Source of the DNA: the human T2T-CHM13v2.0 reference genome, Homo sapiens
Length of the DNA stretch: 64,000 bases
Direction: 5' to 3' (one strand)
NCBI RefSeq assembly: GCF_009914755.1
Contig: NC_060926.1
The notes beneath the pieces are model-generated. The model searched no databases. It had not been told where the DNA came from and was given only the letters and a program-made list of their open reading frames with translations. This document shows positions 31,205 to 57,606 of the stretch, one piece after another. Position numbers and translations under genes: made by a program. The first letter of the stretch is position 1. Every line of letters begins with the position of its first letter.

Positions 31205-31656
31205 GGGCTGGCCTCTGCCTCCTCTTCCAGCCTTAAAAACTATCCTAGTAACACCTTCCTTCTGTTCCTGGTATCTCCCAAGTTCATTTCTGCCTCCAAG
31301 TCTGTTGCATTTGTTTGGGAAGTAGTTCCCAAATGGCTAGTTCCTTCTCATAGTTCAGGTCTTGTTTCAAAAGTCACATCTACCAGATCTTATGTGACAA
31401 TCCTGCCCAAAATAACATCCCCAATCCCCAACTGTTTTTTTTCAGAACACTCTCTTATATCATCTTACAAACAATTATCACTATTTTTTTTTTTGGTTGC
31501 TTGTCTGTCTTTCCTCACTAGAATAGAAGCTCTGTGGAGCAAACATGTTTTCTGTCTTATTTATCATATATATATCTCTTAGAATAATGCCTGGCATATA
31601 GGAAGCATACAATAAACGTGTTTTAATGAACAAATGAGTGAATCAATGAGTGAATC
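31205..31656 (+). mobile_element. L2 3' end
   Basis: 'cactagaatagaagctctgtg...tgcctggcatatagg...caataaac...aatgaacaaatgagtgaat'. Confidence 0.75.
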
Positions 31657-32224
31657 ATTACGTGCGTGCTAACAGAAAACAAAATTGTAACTTTTAGAAG
31701 AGTGAAAGAAAGTATAAAAATCATCCCCATTCCATTTTTTAGGGTCATATAGAAGCAGAAACTTGGCTTTGCATGCTGTATTTCATAATTAGAGAAGATA
31801 ATAACCCAAATGTGTGCCAGGAGTAGCATTAGGTTTAGCTTTGGACTGAGTTTTTTCCTGTGGGACATCAATAGAATTGTATGATGATCAACACTAAGAT
31901 CATGTTCTAACTAATTGAGTTCACAGGCTTAAATTACTCAGCTTTTAATATTTGGAAACAAGCAAGCATCAAAATAATTCTATTGACTTCCAAAGAATTA
32001 AAACTCACAATGCCTAATTTTAAAAAGTCATCAAATAGCTCTATGAAAATTTAAATACTATGGAAAGGTTATATTAAGAATGAGTCACTGAAGTTTTAAA
32101 AAACCTTTTTTTACAAGATAATTTTGTGATTGAGTTTTACGTCACAAAGACCAAGAAACAGCCAAATGTGAAGTCAGCTCTCAATTTTCCATGATAAAAC
32201 CAGGAATTAGCTCATGAAGAAGTA

Positions 32225-32440
32225 GTAGGAAGGGTATATATTGGTTTTGGTACTTCAGAGATCCTGGCCTTGCCACTTACTAACTATGGCTTTGAACAAT
32301 TTGCTTAATTTCTCTGGGTCTCAATTTTTTAATTTGTAAAATAGGATTAGTAATGTTTGTATGCTTGTTTTGGAGATTAGTAATACTCTAAAGCACTAAA
32401 CATAGAGCTAGGAACATATGAGATAATAAAAGGCAGCTAA
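32225..32440 (+). mobile_element. MIR
   Basis: 'ccttgccacttactaactatggctttgaacaatttgcttaatttctctgggtctcaattt...tgtaaaataggattag'. Confidence 0.75.
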
Positions 32441-32725
32441 GCCAAACAAGAAAAATACATTGACTACTTAAGTCTATGGTAATCAGGAGTATGTGTGAGA
32501 AAGGGGATAGATGTCAGAACTACCTCTACAAGCCCATTTCCCTCATTAGAAACTGGATAACCATCCCCTCCTTTGTGAAAATATACAATCTATACAGTTG
32601 AAAGCTGAAATATTTTGAAAGTAGGTCTTTCCCCACCCCTAGAAAGAAAAAATTTTCCCACCCCTAGAAAGGAAAACTGGAACCAGGAGGTAAATCTTTT
32701 AACCATATTAAATACAGAAATAGTT

Positions 32726-39850
<7,125 letters not shown>

Positions 39851-40360
39851 AAAGAAATAATAATTTGACCTCACAGTGAGAGTTTATCTAAAATTGGCTA
39901 TACTATAATTTCAATAAAATATAAGCCTCATTTTAAAAGGCCATAAATAGTCATTCAGAACAGATGAAATGATAATGCACATTAGGCAACAATTCATAAA
40001 GTGTTTAACAAATTTTCATTTATGACTTATTATGTTCATGATTCTATAAAAATAAATGGAAACCACTGAGTAATTCATCCACTTATCCATTCAAAAATAT
40101 TTATGTAGGGCCTAGTGCTGAGGACATGGATCTTATTTTCACTGGGGGACAAAGTGGCAGTGACATAACCAGTTTTATACAATTATAAACAAAGTATGTA
40201 TTTAAAGGGAAAAAAGGGCTTTCTTGAAGAGGTGGCAAAGCTGAATCTATAGATATTATAAATAGGAGTTAACCTGGAGCAGAGTGTGATTTAAAGGTAG
40301 GAAAGGATATTTCAAACAGAATTGCATATGCTGAGATACTATGGCAAGGAGGAAAGAGGG

Positions 40361-40650
40361 AACCAGGTATGGTGGCTCATACCTATAATCCCAACACTTT
40401 AGGGGGCTGAGGCAGGAGGATTACTTGAGCTCAGGAGTTCGAGACCAGCCTGGGCAACATGGCGAGACCCCATCTCTAAAAAAAACACAAAAATTAGGTG
40501 GGTGTGGTAGCACATGCCTATAATCTCAGCTACCTGGGAGGCCTTAGGTAGGAAGACAGCTTGAGCTGAAGAGGTCGAGGCTACAGTTAGCCATCATCAC
40601 ACCACTGCACTCTAGCCTGGGTGGCAGGGTAAGACTTTACTGAAAAAAAA
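40361..40650 (+). mobile_element. AluJ
   Basis: Dimeric Alu with AluJ-type 'ggaggattacttgagctcaggagttc'. Confidence 0.93.
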
Positions 40651-41348
40651 GAAGGAAGTGGGGCATTTTCCAAAAACTGAAAGAAGCCAGTTGGTTGGGG
40701 AACACAGTCAAGATCATTGCGGTAGAGAAGAAGCAGGAGAGGCAGACAATGGCCAAAACACAGAGAGTCTTTTAGGCTTTATTTAGGATTAGAGTCTTTA
40801 TCCTAAAATCAATAAGAATCTATGGAGGAGACTTAAGGAAGGGGCTGACATGCTCAGATCTGATCTTTGGAAGGTCACTTTATTCTGGGGTATTGAGAGC
40901 AGATTTGGGTGGAGGATTAGAGGAGATACACAGAGGCCACTTAGGAGACTGTTACAGTAGATCAGATGAAAGATGATATGTAGCTTAAACTAATTCAGTG
41001 GCAATGATGAGAAGTAAATGGGGTCAAAAGACTTAAGAGGTAAAACTACAGAACTTGCTGATGGAGAGAATATACAAGGTGGTAGGGTCAGGGATTGCAC
41101 GGAATAAGAAAAAGGAAACTGTCCAAGATCTGATCCTCATTTCTTAACAGCACAACTAGATGGGATGGAGGAATAATTCGTTGAAATATGAAACATTGGA
41201 AGAGGGCCAGATTTGGAGGCAGGTGTCAGGGAAGGTGAGAAGATAGCAATTTCATTAACTTGACTTTGAGTTGCCTTAGAGATGTCAAAGCAGGCAGGAG
41301 GGTTTAGAGCATGTAAGAGAGGGCTAGGCTGGAAATAGAAGTTTGAAA

Positions 41349-42072
41349 CCACAGTGAGATACCATCTCACACCAGTTAGAATGGTGATCATTAAAAAGTC
41401 AGGAAACAACAGGTGCTGGAGAGGATGTAGAGAAATAGGAACACTTTTACACTGTTGGTGGGACTTTAAACTAGTTCAACCATTGCGGAAGACAGTGTGG
41501 CGATTCCTCAAGGATCCAGAACTAGAAATACCATTTGACCCAGGCTTCCCATTACTGAGCATATACCCAAAGGATTATAAATCATTCTACTATAAAGACA
41601 CATGCACACATATGTTTATTGCAGCACTATTCACAATAGCAAAGACTTGGAACCAACCCAAATGTCCATCAATGATAGACTGGATTAAGAAAATGTGGCA
41701 CATATACACCATGGAATACTATGCAGCCATAAAAAAGGATGAGTTCATGTCCTTTGTAGGGACATGGATGAAGCTGGAAACCATCATTCTCAGCAAACTA
41801 TCACAAGGACGGGAAACCAAACACAGCATGTTCTCACTCATATGTGGGAATTGAACAACGAGAACACTTGGACACAGGGTGGGGAACATCACACAGTGGG
41901 GCCTGTCGTGGGGTGGGGGCAGGGGGGAGGGATAGCATTAGGAGATATACCTAATGTACATGACGAGTTAATGGGTGCAGCACACCAACATGGCACATGT
42001 ATACTTACGTAACAAACCTGCACATTGAGCACATGTACCCTATAACTTAAAGTATAATAATAATAAAAAAAT
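41349..42072 (+). mobile_element. L1PA 3' stub (~720 bp; ORF2 C-terminus and 3' UTR)
   Basis: 166-aa ORF2 C-terminal ORF, A-tail, TSD aagtttgaaa (41339-41348 / 42073-42082). Confidence 0.95.
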
Positions 42073-42133
42073 AAGTTTGAAAGTCCTTGGTGATCTTTAA
42101 TGTCATAGGTAAGATTTCCTAGAAAGAGCATGA

Positions 42134-42177
<44 letters not shown>
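42134..42177. repeat. (ATAG)11 tetranucleotide STR
   Basis: Perfect 44-bp array. Confidence 0.97.
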
Positions 42178-43271
42178 GAATACTTAGAACTAAGCCTTGA
42201 GAAATTCCAAGATATAATGTTAAGGTAAAGGATGATGAGCTAAAAAGGAATCTTAAAAGCAATGGCAAGAGAGAAAGGAGAAAAATCAGATTAGTATGAT
42301 ATTCTAGGAACTAGTGGAAGAGAACCTTTCAAGAAAGAAGGAGCCAATAACATCCAATGCGTAAGTGCATACATAAACAAAAATGTAAATTGTTAAAAGG
42401 TTTTTCTGAGGGATTAAGGTAGTAATAATAAAATTAAGAATACAAACCAGACATCTGCTTCTGGCTATAATGGAGTATCAAAGACCAGGCTTACCCTTCC
42501 ACTGTAACCAACTAGAAAACTGGACAAAATATATAAAACCCATGTTTTCACAAATTGGATAACAGGCAAAACATGTCTGTGATCACTGAAGAAAATGAAA
42601 CAAGTTGGGTGGGACTCATGATTGCCATGGCTTTCTGACTGGAGGTATACTTCAGGCCATACAACAGGGAGAGCATTCTCAGCATTAGTAGCCTTCAGTA
42701 ATCAGAGATCAGCAGTCAGGGAAGTGAAGGCATCTGGAAGTTGTGAAGCAGAGTTATAAAAAAGAGGGAGCTATGCATAAAATCAGTTCATAAATCTGCA
42801 TGTGGCTCTTCTTGAGTCTTTGCTGAATACTGAGAGGTGTGTGCGGAGACGAAAGTAGTACAAATCCCAACAAAAATGGAACAGGAAGATAAAAGGCGAG
42901 CAGTTATTCGAGTTCACACAGGGATGAAGATGTTTGACCTCTTACTAGTTAAGGTGGAAAGTCTTTGTAAATCACCCCAATCATTCACAGTAGGGACCTC
43001 AGGAGCCTTAGGAGGAAAACTGAAATTTGTTAGAGTAAAGGCAACTCCACACACATTCTACCAAAGCTTAAAAACAAGCCTCAACCTGATCCATGAGTCT
43101 TAGCAGCCTGCCAAAACAAGGCCAAAAACTAATTTTTTTAAAAAAGACAGACAAATCAGGCATTCAACAATATTAACATTTACAACATCCTGTATCCACT
43201 CAAAAAGCACTCAAAGCACCAGGAATCAGACAAAAAAGTTGATCAATGAACAAAATAAAAATCCGTAAATA

Positions 43272-43530
43272 GTGATGGGTACAAATATACAATTAAACAG
43301 AAGAAATAAGACCTGGTATTCTACAGATCAGTAGCGTGACTACAGTTAATATTAATTTATTGCACATTTTGAAATAGCTTGGAGAGAATAATTCAAATGT
43401 TCATAACATAAAGATAAATATTTAAGGTGATGTATATTCCAGTTACCCTGATTTGATTATATGAATGTATCAAATTATCACATGTACCCTGAAAAATATG
43501 TATCTATTATGTATGAATTTTAAAAAGCAC
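43272..43530 (+). mobile_element. L1MA-type 3' stub nested in the L1M
   Basis: 'gggtacaaatatacaattaaacagaagaaataagacctgg...ttaccctgatttgatt...cacatgtaccctgaaaaatatg'; TSD aaaaatcc(a)gtaaata. Confidence 0.8.
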
Positions 43531-44428
43531 AAAAAATCCAGTAAATAAAACAGAGAAATGGCAAAAATGATAGAATTAGTATGAAAGAACTTGAAAATAG
43601 ATCAAATAAGTGTTATGAGTATGCTCCAGGGCTTAAAAGAAAACATAAACATAATAAAAAATGAAAGAGACAAATAAAATTTCTAGAGCTGAAAAAATAT
43701 AATATGTAAAATGAAAATGTCATTGGATGGAATTAATAGCAGATTAGATCTGCAGAAGAAAAAAATCAATGAACTTAAAGACACAACAATAGAAATTATC
43801 TAAAATGAAACACAGAGAGAAAAAAGACCAAAAAATTAACAGAACCTCAATGATATATCAGATAATACCAAGAATACTAATATACATGTAAGTGGAATGC
43901 TAGAAGAAAGGAGAGGGAATGAGGAAAAAAATAATTTAAAAAATAAAAGTCAAAATGTTTTCAAATCTGAAAAAAAAGATAAAATCACAGATTGAAGAAT
44001 ACCAATGAACCACAAACCAGGAATTACAAGCCTTAATAAAACCATTCAAAGGCATTTAATAATCAAATTGTTAAAAAAAACTGTCATAAAAAAATCTTAA
44101 AAACCTCTAGTGATGGGGTCGAGAAGGGAGACATTCTATATAGAAAAACACAGAGAAGAATGATCACAGACTTCACAGATAAGAATGATCACTGTAAGAA
44201 ACTATACAAGTCAAAAAAAATGACAGAACATCTGTAAAGTGCTATAAAAAAGGTGTTTTTTTAAAAAAAAAAAACCTGTCAATTTATAATCCTACACACG
44301 CTGTGAAATATCTTTGAAGAATAAAGACAAAACAAAAAATTTTTCAGGAAAACAAAAGAGAAGAGATTTTTAGCTGCCCAACAAGGATTATTAAAGAAAG
44401 ACCTGCACCCTAAGAATTATTAAAGAAA

Positions 44429-44709
44429 GGCCAAGCACAGTGGCTCATGCCTATAACCCCAGCACTTTAGGTAGGTCAAGGCAGGCAGATCACTTGAGGT
44501 CAGGGGTTTGAAACCAGCCTGGCCAACATGGTGAAACACTTCCTACTAAAAATACAAAAAATTAGCTGGGTGTGATGGTGTGTGCCTGTAATCGCAGCTA
44601 TTTGTGTGGCTGAGGCACAAGGATAGCTTGAACCTGGGAGATGGAGGTTGCATGAGTCAAGATTGTGCCACTGCACTCCAGCCTGGGCAACAGAGCAAGA
44701 AAAAAAAAA
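44429..44709 (+). mobile_element. AluS
   Basis: Dimeric Alu, 'gcagatcacttgaggtcagg'. Confidence 0.93.
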
Positions 44710-45554
44710 TGATACCAGATGGAAAAAATATGTAGCACTGTTTACCACACATATACATGAAAAATAAATTTTAACAATGGCAAAGTACAGAATAAGAAAA
44801 ATGAAAATATCTTGTGTTAAGGGTTTTATATAATGAATAAGCTGATAAAACATAATTTAAGATATACTGTAATGAGCTAACCTATAAATTCTAGAGGAAC
44901 CACTAAAAATTATAACTAATAATATCATAGTACAGATAAAGTAGAATAAAACATAATCAAAAGGGAGCAGAAAAAGGCAAAGAAAATTAAAAAAAAGATG
45001 ATGAAAATAAAAAAAAACAGCAGGATGGTAGGCTTACATCCAACCATAGTTATAAGTATATTAAAGGTAAATGACATAAATACTATAATTAAAAGGCAGA
45101 GATTGTCAAACATGATAAAAACAAGACAAACAATATGGTATTTACAAAAAGCCCACTTTAAATACAAACAAAAGTATGGGTAAAAAATACAAGAATGGCA
45201 AAAGATATACCACAAAAATACTAAATATACTATAAACAACTTTATGCCACAAAATTCAACAATGTAGATGTAATGTCCAAATTCCTAAATGACACAAATA
45301 GCCAAAAATAACTCCAGAAGAACAGAAAATCTGAATTCCTTACATCTATTAACTCAATTTCCTTATTAACAACTCCCTCAAAGAGAAAATTCCAGATGTA
45401 CACTATTTGACTGGCAAATTTTATCAATCTTCTGAGGAATAAATAATATCAATCCAATACAAACTCTTTCAGAAATTAAAGGAGAAAAGAACACACCCCA
45501 AGTCTTTTCAAAATGTTGGTATCTGCCTGATACCAAAGCCAAAAAAATAAATTA

Positions 45555-45695
<141 letters not shown>

Positions 45696-45728
45696 TCATA
45701 CACAAAAATTAACATAGGTAAAATTATA

Positions 45729-45852
45729 GGTTGGGTGCAATGGCTCACACCTGTAATCCCAGCATCTTGGGAGGCCAAGGTGGGTGGACTGCTTCAGCTC
45801 AGGAGTATGAGACCAGCATGAAAAACATGGCAAAACCTCATCTCTACAAAAA

Positions 45853-45896
<44 letters not shown>

Positions 45897-46064
45897 CTTG
45901 GGTGTCATGGCCCACACCTGTAGTCCCAGCAACTCAGGAGGTAGAGGCAGGAGGATTGTTCAGGCCTAGGAAGTCAAGGCCACAGTGAGCTGAAATCAAA
46001 CCACTGTACTATAGCCGGGGCAACAGAGTAAGTCCTTGACTCAAATATATATATATATATAAAA
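45729..46064 (+). mobile_element. AluJ with (AT)n expansions in linker and tail
   Basis: Dimeric Alu; (AT)n at ~45861-45894 and ~46045-46060. Confidence 0.92.
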
Positions 46065-46277
46065 CAAAAGCACAAATAAAAGAAAAACAATACAGTGGAC
46101 TTTATCAAAATTAAAACTTTTGTCATAAAGACACTGTTCAGAAACTCAAGTTGCAAACAAAATACTAGGAGAAAATATCTATGATACATATATCTGACAA
46201 AGCACTTGTATCAAAATATGCAATGAATTTTTAAAATCTCAATAGTAAGACAAACAACCTAATTTTAGAAAGGGTAG

Positions 46278-52481
<6,204 letters not shown>

Positions 52482-52635
52482 AGAAAGGGTAGACTATTTG
52501 ATCATATGCTTCACAATAGAAGATATAGTAATGCTCAATAAGCATATTAAAAAATGTTCAACATCCTTAGTCATCAGGAAAATGTAAATTTAAACTACAA
52601 TAAGATGCCACTACACACACATTACAGCGGATAAC

Positions 52636-52950
52636 ATTTATTATTATTACTTTACTTTTTTATACAAGGTATTTCTCTGTTGTGCAGGCTGGAGTGCAGT
52701 GGTGCAATTATGGCTCAATGTAGCCTCCACCTCCTGGGATGAAGCATCTTCCTATCTTACCTCCTGAGTAGCTAGGACTACAGGCATGTTCCATCACACC
52801 CAGATATTTTTTTTTTTTACTATTACTTTTAGTAGAGATGAGGTCTCACTATGTTGCCCTGGCTGGTCTTGAACATCTGGGCTCAAGAGATCTTCCTGCC
52901 TCAGCCTCCAAAGGTGCTGAGATTACAGGTGTGAGGCACAGCACCCAGCC
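52636..52950 (-). mobile_element. AluJ
   Basis: Dimeric antisense Alu; TSD taacattta / taaaattta. Confidence 0.92.
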
Positions 52951-53247
52951 TAAAATTTAAATGTTGATAATATCAAGTGTTGACAAGAATGTGGAATAAC
53001 TGAAACATTATAGATTGCTGTCAGGAGTGTAAAATGGTGTAGCCATTTTGGAAAACTGTTTGGCAGTTTCTTAACTGTTAAATAGTTAAACATAAACTTA
53101 TTTTGGGACCCAGCAATATCAAGCGAAACAATGTACACCTCCAAAAAAACTGTACATAAATATACATACATTACTCATAATAACCAAAAACTGAAACAAC
53201 TCAAATGCCCATCAACAGGTAGATGAATAAAGAAATAAATACATGCA

Positions 53248-53550
53248 CAATAGTCCCCCATTATTCTCAGGAGATGCATTCAAGACCCCCAGTGGATACC
53301 TGAAACCTCGAATAGTACCATAACCTATATACGCTGTTTTTTCTTATACTTATGTACCTATGATAAAGTTTAATTTATAAATTAGGCACAGTAAAAGATT
53401 AACAAAATAACCAATAATAAAATAGAATGTTTATAGCAACGTACTATAATAAAATTATGTAAATGTGGTCTCTCTTTCAAAATATCTTAATTTTTTGGCA
53501 GGTAACTGAAACTACAGAAAGTAAAATCACGAATTAGTGGGAGACTACTG
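53248..53550. mobile_element. MER44A (Tigger-type) DNA transposon
   Basis: TIRs caatagtccccc ... gggagactactg followed by TA. Confidence 0.85.
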
Positions 53551-53680
53551 TAATGGAATACTACTCAGCAATAAAAAGGAATGAACTAATGTTGAACAAA
53601 CTGAATGACTACTAGTATACTCCAGACTGTTCATGTATTTTTGTCTGATAGCTGTTCAATAGCCTATTAAAAAGAAAATG

Positions 53681-53860
53681 AGCCAGGCATAGTGGTGCAC
53701 ACCTGTAAGTAGCAGCTACTTGGGAGGCTGAGTCAGGAGCATTGCTTGACAGGCGTTCAAGGCTGTAGTATACACTGATCACACCTGTAAATAGCCACTG
53801 CACTCCAGCCTGGGTGACACAGTGAGACCCTGTCTCTTAAAAAAAGAAAAAAGAAAGGAA
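53681..53860 (+). mobile_element. FAM (fossil Alu monomer)
   Basis: Monomer retaining the 7SL-derived 'gatcacacctgtaaatagccactgcactccagcc' segment, with A-tail. Confidence 0.8.
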
Positions 53861-55534
53861 AAGTACCATACTTGACAATGACAATTACCCCCTATATAGG
53901 CTATATAAACAAATAGACCAGCAATTCCAGGGAAAGATAGCTTGAAAGAGAATCTGCACTACTATTATAATACTGGGGTGAGTGGATCACGCTACAGTCC
54001 CAGGTTTGGACAAACTAGAGAGATTTCAACATCTCTTCTTCTGAGTCTTTGGAAAAATGGAATTTTTATTTCTAGGGCTGCCAATTTACCAAAATGAACT
54101 ATGAAACCCTAAATGAAAAATATGCAAGATAGAAAATCAAGATTTCTGAATGAATCGTATTTAAAATAATATTTTCTAACTAAATATCACACCAAAAATT
54201 TTAAAGTAAATCAGAAATATCTAATTAAAAGTTTACAAAATAAGTACAGAATGTAGTTGACTTATACATACAGAAAAGTCTAATGATTTCTGACATGACC
54301 ATGCAATATGTGATTGTTTTCCTCTTAACATATTTGAGATAAAAAATATGCTGAGGATGTTTTATTAAAAGGCCAAATTCTTTGCTATGTGACATCCTAT
54401 GGCTCAGGAATTTTAATTCTTTCTTTTGTTGACATATTCTTTTTGAGCTTCAAATACAGTATTTATGATCTGAAAAAGTACATGTACTTATTAGCCTTTT
54501 GTCAATATTGTTTAGTATTATTTTACTTCTGCCTTAGAAGAGAGGAAAAGTGAAATACTCATTGATTTATCCAGATTTAATATTAATATCTTCCATGTTC
54601 ATCAAGAATGTGCAATATTATTTTCTAAGTACCATTGAATTTTAACTTTTTACCAGCAAAAATCTTTTTATGTGCCTTCTTTTCATATGACATATTTGTT
54701 ATGCTCACTCTACCAAAGATTTGGCATAATGGTACTTCTTAATCAAAATGGATAAATACCCTCTTATTTAAAAAACCTACATACTTCAATATTGAGGTGG
54801 AAAAATATGTTTTACACCCAAACTAGAATCTTGTTATTAGATTTGGCTGCCTTTTTCTTATAAAAAGACCTGCTGTATTTAAAAAATTTGCTTTGATAGA
54901 CAATAGAAAAAGAGCTCTGTTATAAAAAACAAAGGCTTTTTAAAGGTAGTATTGAAAATAAATAATTGGCTTTTGTTCATCAGAGGCTAAATCTATTTTG
55001 CGGTTTGAAAGAGCTAAGAACAGATTGCTTCCCTCAGATTCTTAGCAAAGAAATGTTTTTGTCAATTAATATTCTTTGCTAAGAACAGTTTTTCCAGTGC
55101 TGTTTTTCAACTGGAATAATATTATAAATAGGCCTGTCGAAAGGACAATTCTTGGGCTTTTTTCTAAGATCTTAAGGTCTTAGAGCATAATAATTATGGT
55201 ATGCCAGTTCAGAAGCATGGTAGAAAACAAAAAATCACGTTTCAAACAGGAAATGTACTGGGAGAAAAAGTTGCCATAGGTAGCCATTCTTTCAAATTAA
55301 ATGAAAGGAACATCACCCACAAATTATGCCAGTCTTCCTCTTCTCATCAGGCTTTTGCCCAACATTTGCATCCCAGGATGATAGCAGGAAAAGAGCAGGA
55401 AGCAAGGAATTGAGTGCCATTGCAAAAGGCCCAGAACTATAAGAACACAGCATTCCACTCATGCAGTGTTGTTCCCCTGCTTCAGCTTTATCCTCTCTTC
55501 CAGCCTGCGCTGAAGTCACTACCACTTTATGAGA

Positions 55535-55730
55535 GTCAATAGCAATTACTATGTGCCAGACACTATTCTAAGAGTCTTAGCTCTTTTAACTCATTAAATA
55601 CTCACAACAATGTTTGAGTAACACTGTTCTTCCCATTTTGCAGATGGAGAAGCTGTGGTTTGAGATCATCCAGCTGCTGAGTGGAGAGACCAGATGCAAA
55701 CCCAGGCAGTCTGGCTCCAACGCCTGCAAA
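55535..55730 (-). mobile_element. MIR
   Basis: 'tactatgtgccagacactattctaag...cccattttgcagatggagaagctg...aacccaggcagtctggctcca'. Confidence 0.85.
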
Positions 55731-55978
55731 GGTTTCCATTCTACCCTCTCTCAGTAAAGGGAGATGACTACAGGTAGTGGCTCCTCAACAGGCATAGAAG
55801 AAGATCAGTCATAGTTTTTGTTTGTTTGTTTGTTTGTTTGTTTTTTAATAAACAGCTGCTCCCTTGTTAAGGTAGGGGTAAGGTCCTAGAGTTAGGGACA
55901 GGAAGGCAAGATATAAGTAGGAGTAAAGGGGAAAGGCATATCTTGAACAAAAAAAAACAAACAAAAAAAAGTCACTCA

Positions 55979-56334
55979 GGCACAGTGGCTTACACCTGTA
56001 ATGTCAGCACTTTGGGAGTCGGGGTGGGAGGATCTCTTGGGAGTCCAGGGTGGGAGGATTCTGGCCAGAAGTTTGATACCAACCTGGGCAATATAGTGAG
56101 ACCTCATCTCTACAAATAACAATAATGATAACAAAAATGATCAAGTGTAGTGGCCTGTGCCTGTGGTCCCAGCTACTTAGCAGGCTGAGATGGCGGGATC
56201 ATTTGAGCCTGGGAGATCAAGGCTGCGGTCAGCCATGATGGTGCCACTGCACTCCAGCCTGGGCGACAGAGCAAGTCTATCTCAAAAAAAAAAAAAAAAA
56301 AAAAAGAAAAGAAAAAAAAGAAAAGGAAAAAAAG
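55979..56334 (+). mobile_element. AluJ with a ~25-bp internal duplication in the left arm
   Basis: 'ttgggagtcggggtgggaggat' then 'ttgggagtccagggtgggaggat'; long A-tail. Confidence 0.92.
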
Positions 56335-56544
56335 TGAAGGCAGGAGAAAAGTCTATTCAAACATAGGTTCTGGAAAACTGAAAACCAACAAGGGGATGAA
56401 AATAGACTTAAGGGCTATAGCAATGTGATAAACATATTTGGGAAATTTCTTTCAAAATAAAAAAAATCAAAATATAGACTGAGATCATGTAGTATTTCAT
56501 TTTATGTGGAAATTAACCTAGGCCCAGGGAATATTTCTGCCCAG

Positions 56545-56682
56545 CTGAGTCATTTTACAGACCAGTGAACACAGGGCCATAGAGACTGAATGCCCTGCCC
56601 AAGACTTGAGGAAGCAGGCAGGACAGGCAAGGCTACAAGCCAGCCACACCTCCTGACTTTGAGATCAGTGCTCTTCCACCAA
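56545..56682 (-). mobile_element. MIR fragment
   Basis: 'cattttacagaccagtgaacacagggcc...tgccctgcccaag...cctcctgact...gtgctcttccacc'. Confidence 0.6.
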
Positions 56683-57294
56683 CTATATTAAACACAATTT
56701 ATCAGCTTTTAAAACACAGAAGCCATAGTCAATAGGTTGCAATTCAATTTTAGGAACATAAAAAATAATTACAGTGTACCCATATCGAAGGTTAAATACA
56801 AAATACGTCAGGCTATCACTTTCTCAATAGCCAAATAATATTTTAGAGTAATAGTCAGATAAAGTAGTCATTTTTAAATATGAGGAGGAGAATTCTTGGC
56901 ATAACTGCACATTTTTTTCTTCTAATATTTTATCCATATAACATTTTCAAAATTTACATTATTCTAGACTTGGAAAATTTAGTCACATGCATACACACAC
57001 ATATATATATACAGCAAACATGGTGAAATGACTGAATCTTATTAATTTCTTCTTCTCTATAAGGGAAATCAAAAGGTTGAATAGAAAGGGATTTAAGCTG
57101 AGAGTTATTGGGCCAGTATTAATACTGATTTATAATCTCTAAGATTCCTCTAGTCCTAAAATTCTATAATTTTAGAAAGCTCATAATTGAAAAAAACATT
57201 GGATTAAAATATTAAATTTAAGTATTTGACTAATGAGATTATGACATACCAACTAAAGAAAATTATTTCTAGTGGTTTCAAAAAAGGGAGAAAA

Positions 57295-57606
57295 TGCTGG
57301 GTGCAGTGGCTCATGCCTGCAATCCCAGCACTTTGGGAGGCTGAGGTAGGAGGATTGCTTGAGCCCAGGAGCTCAAGACCAGCCTGAGCAACATAGGGAG
57401 ACCTCATCTCTATAAAAAATAAACAAAATTGGCCAGGCATGGTGGCACATGCCTGTGGTCCCAGCCACTCAGGAGGGCTGAGGCAGGAGGATCACTTGAG
57501 CTGGGGAGAGGTTTAGACCGCAGGGAGCTGAGATTTAGCCACTGCACTCCAGCCTGGGTGACAGAGCGAGACCCTGTCTTGAAAAAAAAAAAAAAAAAAA
57601 AAAAAA
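57295..57606 (+). mobile_element. AluJ
   Basis: Dimeric Alu, 'ggaggattgcttgagcccaggag', long A-tail. Confidence 0.95.

Larger units (their letters stand above)
40072..42360 (-). mobile_element. L2, interrupted by an Alu and an L1 stub
   Basis: 'ttcatccacttatccattcaaaaatatttat...' followed by purine-rich L2 antisense tracts ('tgacatgctcagatctga', 'ttaggagactgttacagtag'). Confidence 0.75.

Noticed and set aside
32627-32677. Tandem 'cacccctagaaag' duplication just upstream of the retrocopy
   Set aside because: Simple local slippage duplication; it does not match the retrocopy's 3' flank, so it is not its TSD.
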